The notes below the pieces were generated by a model that worked only from the letters and a program-made list of their open reading frames with translations, was not told where the DNA came from and ran no database searches. From Deltaproteobacteria bacterium RIFCSPLOWO2_02_FULL_50_16 (GTDB lineage: Bacteria > UBA10199 > 2-02-FULL-50-16): a stretch of 64,000 bases of DNA. Both the position numbers and the translations under genes were made by a program. Within the stretch, counting starts at the first letter, position 1, and each line of letters begins with the position of its first letter. Of the stretch, positions 52,758-60,460 are shown piece by piece. Location of the stretch: the NCBI GenBank assembly GCA_001798715.1, contig MGSF01000045.1:18576-82575 (forward strand). Direction: 5' to 3'.

Positions 52758-53174
52758 ATGGGGATGAAAAAAAAGACTGCATGGACTGATGTGTTGAGAT
52801 CCAATTCCAGCCCGTCTTTTTCCCCCGCCAAGCGTTCCTGGATTGAAAATCAATCCATCATTCAATACTGGATCATGTCGCAATACCGTGAGTTTATAAA
52901 ATCCCTAGAGGAGTATGAAGCGACAAAATCCAACCATGATTTTTTGAAGGCAAAAATGATTTTAAAAAAGACTCGTTACTATGTGCAGTCGCTTATCAAT
53001 TCCGAACTTTATCAGTTTGAGGGCTTGCTCGGATCATTGCAGGCCATTGAAGACAAGATGGACAAGAAGAATTATATCCATTATCTGACTCAGGGCCAAA
53101 CTTCCCTGGGGCAGGGTTTGCCCTTTCCGGTGGTGATAGATCTTCAGAGGCGTCGAGCCGCTGTTCACCACTAG
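52758..53174 (+). CDS. Hypothetical protein (coding status uncertain)
   Basis: 138-aa ORF in an AT-rich region with no recognisable motif and a weak RBS. Its stop codon lies in the CTAG bordering the palindromic element. Confidence 0.3.
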   Translation: MGMKKKTAWTDVLRSNSSPSFSPAKRSWIENQSIIQYWIMSQYREFIKSLEEYEATKSNHDFLKAKMILKKTRYYVQSLINSELYQFEGLLGSLQAIEDKMDKKNYIHYLTQGQTSLGQGLPFPVVIDLQRRRAAVHH

Positions 53175-53312
53175 TGATCCTCGCAAAATACCGTAACATC
53201 TCCTGCGTTGCCCACCTCGACCGCTCCCTGCGGCGTATCATTAAATACGCCTCGGTCGGGTCTCGGTTGGCGCCTTGGATCTGTTACGGTCTTTTGCGAG
53301 GATGACAACTAG
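53171..53312. mobile_element. MITE-like ~140-bp imperfect palindrome with ~28-bp terminal inverted repeats, bounded by CTAG on both sides
   Basis: Left TGATCCTCGCAAAATACCGTAACA versus right TGTTACGGTCTTTTGCGAGGATGACA (reverse-complementary, ~20 of 21 core positions). Central hairpin GGCGTATcattaaATACGCC. CTAG at 53171-53174 and 53309-53312. Confidence 0.4.
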
Positions 53313-53371
53313 ATAATACTGGATTATAGAGATTATCGACCTGGTTTTGAGACTGCTGGAAGGTGGGGGGG

Positions 53372-53767
53372 TTAATGGGCCGAGTGGCCTATCATCTCGG
53401 GGATCCCTACAAATCGGGACATCTGATCAAAGACAAAACCCATAAATCGCTTTTTGTCGCTCTCCGGCATGTAGCGAATGATGGCTCCAGTTTCGTAACA
53501 GGTCTCGGATATTTTGCTTTGCCAGATCACTTCGGCATTGGCATTGATGGATTGAGTGCCATCACCCACATAGATTTCGAGCTCTAATTGAGATCCGTTT
53601 TCCAGGCTTGTGGGGGTCATCATCCGCAGGCCTCCGGCGCTGATATCACTGCTCCAGGCCTCATTTTGTTCTTTGAATTCGGTGTTGGAATTAAGGATGG
53701 CATAACTGACGGAAAGGGCTATGTCGAGACGGGCATAGCGACGACGCTCCTGAGGCCTGAAATCCAT
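53372..53767 (-). CDS. Single-domain PilZ protein (c-di-GMP receptor family)
   Basis: RxxxR motif (RRRYARLD) and D/NxSxGG motif (SSDISAGGL). The start at 53767 is preferred because of the SD AAGGGAG; the ORF track extends to 53794. Confidence 0.7.
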   Translation of the reverse strand: MDFRPQERRRYARLDIALSVSYAILNSNTEFKEQNEAWSSDISAGGLRMMTPTSLENGSQLELEIYVGDGTQSINANAEVIWQSKISETCYETGAIIRYMPESDKKRFMGFVFDQMSRFVGIPEMIGHSAH

Positions 53768-53856
53768 ATGACACTCCCTTATGAGTTGAGCCATATTGAA
53801 ACTTTTTTAATCCGTCAAGTGATTATCGAAAAATCTTCTCACTCTACAAGGACCGC

Positions 53857-53886
53857 CTTGTTCTTCCTCACGGCTTGTGCTATAAA
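53857..53886 (+). promoter_or_regulatory. Candidate sigma70 promoter for the DUF4177-like gene
   Basis: TTGTTC, 17 nt, TATAAAT. Confidence 0.3.
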
Positions 53887-53973
53887 TAGCCGATAATTTT
53901 AGGGATTATTTTGTAGGGGATGGCTTCAGTGGAGATTTTAATCCAAATTTTAGAAAGAAGGAGGAGGTTGGAT

Positions 53974-54480
53974 ATGAAGAAATGGATTTTACCTTTGGCC
54001 CTTATTTTGCTGATCGGCATCAGCTTTGATAGTGAGGCCAGAAGGGGGAAGGGTGCGAAGAAGGCGGAGGCAGAGGTTTCAGATGTCGCAGAGACGACAG
54101 AGGGTGGTGAGGCCTCAGAGGAATCGGGGGCAACGGAGGCGTCTCCAGAGGTTTCCAAGACCTCAAAAAAGTCGGAGGCCACAAAGGCGTCCAAGAGTGA
54201 CAAGGAAAAAACAAATGTGACCCCCGATGGTTCTGTGACTGTTGAGGAGGTGTCGGAAAAAGCGTCAGAAGATTCGGAAGATGTGGTGAAAGAGGCGATG
54301 GGCCAGCAGAGGCATACAAAGTGGGAGTATCTGGCGGTTGATTTGAAATCCCCTGAAAAAGACAAGTATCGCCGAAAATGGGATATCCTGGGACGAGATG
54401 GATGGGAACTTGCCGGGAGCAGTATGAAGGCAGGGGACACGGATGTTTATATCTTTAAGAGACCTGTGCTGGATGATTAG
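53974..54480 (+). CDS. Secreted protein: signal peptide, acidic Ser/Glu/Thr low-complexity linker, C-terminal DUF4177-like domain
   Basis: MKKWILPLALILLIGISF signal with SD AAGGAGGAGG. C-terminal TKWEYLAVDL...GRDGWELAGSS...YIFKRP resembles the small DUF4177 fold (from memory). Confidence 0.55.
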   Translation: MKKWILPLALILLIGISFDSEARRGKGAKKAEAEVSDVAETTEGGEASEESGATEASPEVSKTSKKSEATKASKSDKEKTNVTPDGSVTVEEVSEKASEDSEDVVKEAMGQQRHTKWEYLAVDLKSPEKDKYRRKWDILGRDGWELAGSSMKAGDTDVYIFKRPVLDD

Positions 54481-54502
54481 AAGACGTCCTTGAAAGGTTT
54501 GT

Positions 54503-55804
54503 ATGCTCAATTGGATATGGCTGGTTCTTGTCTTGGGATCTGTCATTGTGGCGGCCTTTACTGGAAGAATGGAGGACCTGACCCAGACCTCGATGGAGTC
54601 CGCGAAAGAGGCCGTTCTTTTGTCCATTGGTTTGATTGGTGTCATGGCCTTTTGGTTGGGTTTGATGCGTGTGGCCCAGGACGGGGGATTGTTGCAGGTT
54701 GTTTCTCGCGGGGTTCGACCTGTCATGCGCCGTCTCTTCCCTGAGATTCCCGAAGATCATCCCTCTATGAGCATGATGATCATGAATATTGCCTCCAATA
54801 TGTTGGGTTTGGGCAATGCGGCGACGCCCTTTGGGCTGAAGGCCATGATGGAGCTCAATCGCCTCAACCCCGCCCCGGGTGTGGCCACAAACGCCATGTG
54901 TCTTTTTCTGGCTATTAATACGAGTAATGTGGCCTTGTTCCCCTTGGGAGCCATGGCGATGAGGGCCTCTGCCGGTTCTCTGGATGTGGGGGGTATTATG
55001 GTGCCCACTTTTTTGGCGACTTCTTTGTCGACGGTGGTGGCCATTGTTTCTGTCAAGTTTCTTGAAAGACTCCCTCGTTATAAAGCCCCTTCCTTTTCAG
55101 GGCCTGTTGTTTCGGAAGAGGTCTCTCGCACGGATCTGTCTCAGGAAACCCCCGCTCCTTCTGAGCTCGTTTCTATTCCCCGGTGGGTCAAGATCATGGT
55201 GAGTGGTGTGACCGTGGGGGGGATTTTTTCGGGATTTGTTTATTATGTGATCCATAGTCCCCTGGATTTTTGGGATTTGGCTCGAGACTTTTCCTCTCAT
55301 TGGTTGATTCCCTTACTCATCGTCAGTTTGGTTCTTTATGGTTTTCTCAAAGGGGTCAAGATCTATGAATCCCTCGTTGAAGGGGCCAAGGAGGGATTTT
55401 CGGTAGCGATGCGTATCATTCCCTATTTGGTGGCGATCTTGGTGGCTGTGGGCCTATTTCGGGCCTCTGGGGCCCTGGATTTTTTGGTAACCCTCTTGAC
55501 CCCCTTAACCTCTTTCATAGGGATGCCGGCGGAGACCCTTCCCATGGCCTTATTGAGGCCCCTCTCTGGTTCGGGGGCCTTTGCTGTCATGACGGAGACC
55601 ATGAAGATTTATGGTCCGGATTCTCTCATTGGCTATATAGTTTCGACCATACAGGGGAGTACTGAAACAACTTTTTATATCTTGGCCGTCTATTGTGGTG
55701 CTATTTCGGTCAAAAATGTACGCCATGCCCTGCCAGCATGTCTTATGGCGGATCTTGCCGGGATCCTTGCCGCCGTCTGGCTTTGCCGCCTGTTTTTTCT
55801 TTAA
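54503..55804 (+). CDS. Fused SpmA/SpmB-like nucleoside-recognition (Gate) domain membrane protein
   Basis: 433 aa polytopic protein. The N-terminal half is SpmA-like and the C-terminal half SpmB-like. Confidence 0.65.
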   Translation: MLNWIWLVLVLGSVIVAAFTGRMEDLTQTSMESAKEAVLLSIGLIGVMAFWLGLMRVAQDGGLLQVVSRGVRPVMRRLFPEIPEDHPSMSMMIMNIASNMLGLGNAATPFGLKAMMELNRLNPAPGVATNAMCLFLAINTSNVALFPLGAMAMRASAGSLDVGGIMVPTFLATSLSTVVAIVSVKFLERLPRYKAPSFSGPVVSEEVSRTDLSQETPAPSELVSIPRWVKIMVSGVTVGGIFSGFVYYVIHSPLDFWDLARDFSSHWLIPLLIVSLVLYGFLKGVKIYESLVEGAKEGFSVAMRIIPYLVAILVAVGLFRASGALDFLVTLLTPLTSFIGMPAETLPMALLRPLSGSGAFAVMTETMKIYGPDSLIGYIVSTIQGSTETTFYILAVYCGAISVKNVRHALPACLMADLAGILAAVWLCRLFFL

Positions 55805-55845
55805 AAAGGCTGTTAAAGAACATTGGACCTCTTCTCTCTCGCTTT

Positions 55846-55990
55846 TTGCACAAACCCTCCTCGGCCGGGTTTGTGCAAGCTATGGCCCTCAAAGGCATTG
55901 AGGCCGTGAGGTGTTTGAGGGCCATAAAGCCGCCCTTCGCCCCTCTGGGGCTTCAGGATCTCAAGCCTCTGGCTTGAGGCTCAAGAAAAG
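55846..55990. repeat. REP-like GC-rich hairpin cluster downstream of the SpmA/B gene
   Basis: TTGCACAAACCC/GGGTTTGTGCAA (12-bp stem). TATGGCCCTCAAA/TTTGAGGGCCATA (13-bp stem) with a competing CCTCAA/TTGAGG pairing. 18-mer TCGCCCCTCTGGGGCTTC. CTCAAGCCtctgGCTTGAG. Confidence 0.45.
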
Positions 55991-56042
55991 AGGCCCAATG
56001 TTCTTTCAAGAGATGTATGGAGAAGGGGGGCCATGAAGGTGT

Positions 56043-56873
56043 CTAGAATGTGTTTGTGAGGGCTGTAAAATGGGCGGCTTCTTTAAAACGGCCCCGTTTT
56101 TGGTAGCCCCGGATCAAAATGGCCGAGCGGCGCTTGATGTCCCCGATGACACACCTTCTTTGAGGTTCGGTGAGGAGGGGGTCCTTGAGGATCTTTAAAA
56201 GGGCCTGGATGCGGTAGGAATCCAGGGAATGTTGTGATGAAAGCTGGTCAGCGTGTCCCCCCCGTTTGATGGTCAGGGGCTTATTGAGGGTCATGATGGG
56301 ATATCTCAAGGCCGCCCGGAGCCAAAGGTCATAGTCTTCACAGGCCGGAAGGGTTTCGTCAAAAAGACCGATATCGTCGAAGACCCATCTATGTATCATG
56401 ACAGCTGATGGGGAGACACAACACAGGGGGAGGCAATCTTCAAAAATCCATCCTGATTGTTTTTGGTGTTTTTTACGGGCATTGACACGGAGGCCACGGC
56501 GGATCCAGATCTCTTCGGTCTGGAGGATCCTGCTTTCTGGATGGGTCAGGATATAGTCCCATTGATTTTTGAGTTTATCGGGGAGCCAAAGATCGTCCGA
56601 GTCCAGAAAGGCGATCCAATCCCCTTTGGCGTGATGCAAGCCCCGGTTTCTTGCGGCACTGACCCCCTGACGATTCTGATGGAGATAGTGGATTTGAGGA
56701 AAATTATTTTGACAAAGCCGTGCCGTGTCGTCCGTCGAGCCGTCGTCGACGACGATCGTTTCCAAGGGTTGGAGGTCTTGCTGACGGACGGAGAGGAGGG
56801 CCTCTTGAAGAAAGGAGGAGCGATTGTGGGTCGGAATGATGACACTAATGGGGGGTGACGATCTCATCGACAA
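56043..56873 (-). CDS. Family 2 glycosyltransferase
   Basis: ISVIIPTHNRSSFLQEALLSV...VVDDGSTDDT is the GT-A fold DxD region. Confidence 0.8.
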   Translation of the reverse strand: MSMRSSPPISVIIPTHNRSSFLQEALLSVRQQDLQPLETIVVDDGSTDDTARLCQNNFPQIHYLHQNRQGVSAARNRGLHHAKGDWIAFLDSDDLWLPDKLKNQWDYILTHPESRILQTEEIWIRRGLRVNARKKHQKQSGWIFEDCLPLCCVSPSAVMIHRWVFDDIGLFDETLPACEDYDLWLRAALRYPIMTLNKPLTIKRGGHADQLSSQHSLDSYRIQALLKILKDPLLTEPQRRCVIGDIKRRSAILIRGYQKRGRFKEAAHFTALTNTF

Positions 56874-57101
56874 GGGAGGCTAAAGCAGTTTATATAGCAT
56901 TTCAACTTTTTATTCGTACGGATAAGTGCGGATAAAAAGTTAGAAATACTTATGGTTGGTCATTATAGACTGTACTCATTGAAAGTTAATAAACCATAAT
57001 CCGTGGCAATAAGACTTTGTGATTTTATCAGGAGGGTTATATTAAGACCATGATTTTGTATAAAAAAACATTATATTTTAATTGGTTATATAGAGTTCCT
57101 A

Positions 57102-57926
57102 ATGAAATCCTTTAAAGTGGCACTCCTGCAAATGCAGGCCACCAAAGATCCCCTCAACAATATGCAGAACCTTCAGAAGGGGGTCCAAAGGGCTGTTAAT
57201 TTGGGGGCGGATGTGGTCTGTGGTCCCGAGCTTTTTTATATCCTTGGCAATGCCACCCAAATCCGGGATCAAGCCACCCCGATCCCAGGTCCCGTTTCAG
57301 ATCGGTTGTCAGAAATGGCTCGCAGGAATCATATCTATCTATTTCCTGGGACCTTGCCTGAATTGGCCGAAAATGGGGCCCTCTACAATACCCTTGTGAT
57401 GTTTGATCCCGAGGGTCATTGGATAGGTCGCTATCGCAAGAGACATCTTTTTTGGGTCGATATCCCCGGTGGCCTCCAGCAGGATGAGAGAAAATTTTTT
57501 GATCCTGGGACCGAGGAACCTTCTGTCATTAAGACTCCCCTAGGTAATTTTGGCACCAGTATTTGTTATGATCTAAGATTCTCAGAGCACTATCGGTTTT
57601 TGGCTATGGAGGGCGCAGAGATTCACCTCATTTCATCCGCCTTCACAAAAATGACGGGTCAGGCCCATTGGAAGATCCTCTGTCAGGCGCGGGCGATTGA
57701 GACCCTGTGTTTTGTCTTGGCCCCGAATCAAACGGGGCATACGAAGCCGGCCCCAGAGATGTATGGTCATAGCCTGATTATTGACCCATGGGGACGGATT
57801 CTTCAGGAGGCGGGTGCTGGCGACGAGGTGATCGTGGCCGATCTTGAGGAATCCTCTCTTATGGATGCCAGACGGCGTTTGAAGGGTTCTTTGTCCCGTC
57901 GGGATGAGACAAGAAGGGGCTTATAA
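57102..57926 (+). CDS. Carbon-nitrogen hydrolase family protein (nitrilase / omega-amidase-like)
   Basis: KVALLQMQ N-terminus, catalytic Cys context ICYDLRF, 274 aa. Confidence 0.85.
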   Translation: MKSFKVALLQMQATKDPLNNMQNLQKGVQRAVNLGADVVCGPELFYILGNATQIRDQATPIPGPVSDRLSEMARRNHIYLFPGTLPELAENGALYNTLVMFDPEGHWIGRYRKRHLFWVDIPGGLQQDERKFFDPGTEEPSVIKTPLGNFGTSICYDLRFSEHYRFLAMEGAEIHLISSAFTKMTGQAHWKILCQARAIETLCFVLAPNQTGHTKPAPEMYGHSLIIDPWGRILQEAGAGDEVIVADLEESSLMDARRRLKGSLSRRDETRRGL

Positions 57927-58011
57927 AAAAATCTACTTGTCAATTAAAAGCCGAAAATGTTAATAAATTGATAGTGGTTAGCTATTTTTTGTAGTTCAAA
58001 AGGAGGAAGTA

Positions 58012-58344
58012 ATGGGGAAGAAGTTATATGTCGGTAACCTGCCTTATAGTGTCACAGACGAATCGCTCAACCAGATTTTCTCTGAAGTGGGAGAGGTCGT
58101 GTCGGCCAAGGTCATCACTTATAGAGATACGGGTCGTTCCAAGGGCTTCGGCTTTATTGAAATGGCCAGTGACGATCTTGCGTTGCAAGCCATAGAGAAA
58201 ATGAACGGGACTGAGCTTGAGGGACGTCCCTTGAAGGTCAATGAAGCCAGACCGATGGAATCTCGTCCCCCGCGTGATAGCGGTGGTAGCGATGATAGCG
58301 GCGATAGTGGTGATAGTGGCGGCGGTCGCAATAATCGTTGGTAA
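58012..58344 (+). CDS. RRM-type RNA-binding protein with a Gly/Ser/Asp-rich tail
   Basis: RNP2 KLYVGNL and RNP1 KGFGFIEM motifs. SD AGGAGG. Confidence 0.8.
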   Translation: MGKKLYVGNLPYSVTDESLNQIFSEVGEVVSAKVITYRDTGRSKGFGFIEMASDDLALQAIEKMNGTELEGRPLKVNEARPMESRPPRDSGGSDDSGDSGDSGGGRNNRW

Positions 58345-58415
58345 TCCTTTCATCATCAAGGGTCTGAGATCGCCCCAAGGGTCTAGGAAAGAGGGGGGAT
58401 GTGTGTTTCATTCCT

Positions 58416-58973
58416 TTAGCTTAGATGATCGACGAGGATTTTTGTCCCTATGATGATCAAGAGGATACCGCCCAGTATCTCGGCCTTGTTCCCCAAAAAT
58501 CGACCAAACTTTTTTCCCAAGAAGAAACCCACAAGAGAAATAATGAAGGTTACTGCCCCGATGACGAGGATGGGAGACAGGATAGATATATTTAAAAATG
58601 AAAAGGTGATTCCTATGGCCAAGGCATCGATGCTTGTGGCAATGGCGAGAACCAATAATGTGGACAGTCTCAATGACACATCCTTTTTTTTGGCAGAGGG
58701 ACCGTAGAAACCCTCATAGAGCATTTTGAGGCCAATGAGGAATAACAATGTGAAGGCCACCCAATGATCGATGGAGGTGATGTAATTTTTTAGACTCACT
58801 CCGGCCAGCCAGCCCATAATGGGCATCATGGCCTGAAAAAATCCAAGAAATAGGGCCAATAGAAGGGCGCTCTTCACGGGAGGTCTCTTGATGGCAAATC
58901 CCTCGGAGATGGAGACGGCAAAGGCATCCATGGAAAGTCCTATGGCAATTATGATAATGGTGATGATGTTCAT
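58416..58973 (-). CDS. mntP: Manganese efflux pump MntP
   Basis: MNIITIIIIAIGLSMDAFAVSISEGF, 185 aa with 6 transmembrane segments. Confidence 0.85.
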   Translation of the reverse strand: MNIITIIIIAIGLSMDAFAVSISEGFAIKRPPVKSALLLALFLGFFQAMMPIMGWLAGVSLKNYITSIDHWVAFTLLFLIGLKMLYEGFYGPSAKKKDVSLRLSTLLVLAIATSIDALAIGITFSFLNISILSPILVIGAVTFIISLVGFFLGKKFGRFLGNKAEILGGILLIIIGTKILVDHLS

Positions 58974-59011
58974 AATTTACTTTTTATTTGCCCCTGGGTT
59001 GGAAATTGGGC

Positions 59012-60106
59012 ATGACGGCTATTATGAAGGATCAAACAATAGAAGTCCATATTGATAAACTCGTTTATGGGGGCAAGGGTCTGGCTTTTTGGAAGGGCCA
59101 GGCTGTTTTTGTCCCCCTTGTCCTCCCGGGAGAAAGGGTTTTAGTGAGATTGGGGGGACAAAGAAAGGATTATTGGGAGGCGGACCTCCTTGAGATATTG
59201 GAACCCTCTCCAGAAAGAGGAGTGCCTCGTTGTCGATATTTTGGGAAGTGTGGGGGATGTCATTGGCAGCATATGGGTTATGCAACCCAGCTTTTCTGGA
59301 AACGGGAAATCGTCAAGGAATCTCTGGTTCGCTTGGGAAAATTTGAAAACCCTCATGTCTTCACTATCCTCCCATCACCTCAGATATGGGGATGGCGATC
59401 CCGCATCCAGATTCACAGGGATCCAAAAGGGCATGTGGGGTTTTATCGGGAACAGTCCCATGATGTTATCGACATTGATGAGTGTTTGATTGCGGATGCT
59501 GCTGTTAATGACGATCTTAGGCAATTTCGATCGGAATCTAAAAATACTCATCAGATGAGTCACAAGGAGACCTGCGAGCTTCGATCCAATCCTTCAGGGT
59601 TTTTTTCTCAGGTTAATCCTGCTCAAAATGAAAACCTCAAACAACTCCTTTGGAAATGGGCAGAGTCCTTACCCCATAATCATATTGTAGAGTTGTTTTG
59701 TGGTCAGGGAAACTTAAGCAGTGTCTTTGAGAAGAGATGTCGGACACTTGTCGGTGTGGATGTCTCCAGAGAGGCTATTCTGCAGGCAAGAAAATGCTCT
59801 CCCCAGTTTGATTTTTATGTGGATGAGGCGGGATCCTTCTACAAAACTTTTCAACCCAAAAATCCCACAGATTTGCTCGTCCTCGATCCTCCTCGAGAAG
59901 GGTGTGTCGATCTTGTTGAAGGGGTCGTGATCCATCAGCCCAAAAATATATTTTATATCTCTTGCAACCCCACAACCTTGGCCCGCGATCTAAAACTCTT
60001 GAGGGAAAAGGGAGGGTATCAGCTCGTCAGCGTTCAACCTATTGACATGTTTCCCCACAGCTTTCACATTGAGAGCCTCAGCTGGATGAGGCAATCCTTG
60101 GGATGA
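59012..60106 (+). CDS. rlmD: TRAM-domain 23S rRNA (uracil-C5)-methyltransferase (RlmD/RumA family)
   Basis: TRAM N-terminus, four-Cys cluster CRYFGKCGGCHWQH, class I SAM methyltransferase C-terminus. The start codon is uncertain (59012 or 59024). Confidence 0.8.
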   Translation: MTAIMKDQTIEVHIDKLVYGGKGLAFWKGQAVFVPLVLPGERVLVRLGGQRKDYWEADLLEILEPSPERGVPRCRYFGKCGGCHWQHMGYATQLFWKREIVKESLVRLGKFENPHVFTILPSPQIWGWRSRIQIHRDPKGHVGFYREQSHDVIDIDECLIADAAVNDDLRQFRSESKNTHQMSHKETCELRSNPSGFFSQVNPAQNENLKQLLWKWAESLPHNHIVELFCGQGNLSSVFEKRCRTLVGVDVSREAILQARKCSPQFDFYVDEAGSFYKTFQPKNPTDLLVLDPPREGCVDLVEGVVIHQPKNIFYISCNPTTLARDLKLLREKGGYQLVSVQPIDMFPHSFHIESLSWMRQSLG

Positions 60107-60110
60107 AAAA

Positions 60111-60302
60111 TCACTTTATCTTTAGTTCTTGCTTCACGATTCTCTCGGCAGTGATCCAATCATTGACAGAGTTGCCGGGCCTATTTCCCCTTTGGCGATA
60201 AATGTCGTAGGCCTTATTTCGGATCATCTCATTTAGTTTTGCCGGGGTCACATTGGATGTTTTTGCGACCGTATTGACCGGTGTTTTTTTCCTTTCGGCC
60301 AT
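60111..60302 (-). CDS. Small DUF2934-like protein
   Basis: IRNKAYDIYRQRGNRPGNSVNDWITAERI resembles the DUF2934 signature (from memory). Confidence 0.45.
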   Translation of the reverse strand: MAERKKTPVNTVAKTSNVTPAKLNEMIRNKAYDIYRQRGNRPGNSVNDWITAERIVKQELKIK

Positions 60303-60460
60303 AAAAAACCCCCTTTCGCGTTCGTCCTATCACCAATTTTTACTGAAATCAAGATTTGTTAATATCATTCATTTTAAATCATACCCTTGCTAGAAGTCTT
60401 GATCCTTGAGTGGATTCGTAGTAGACCTCTCTCGTGAGCGTGGGGTGAAACAATGAGAAT

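Noticed and set aside
52601-52883. Two 76-aa minus-strand ORFs in the purA-downstream AT-rich spacer
   Set aside because: They overlap each other and the plus-strand hypothetical ORF, and have no RBS or motif. Treated as noise.
58974-59011. Mn2+ (yybP-ykoY) riboswitch upstream of mntP
   Set aside because: Only ~40 bp separates the mntP start from the divergent rlmD-like gene. That is too short for the >100-nt riboswitch, and I saw no conserved motif.
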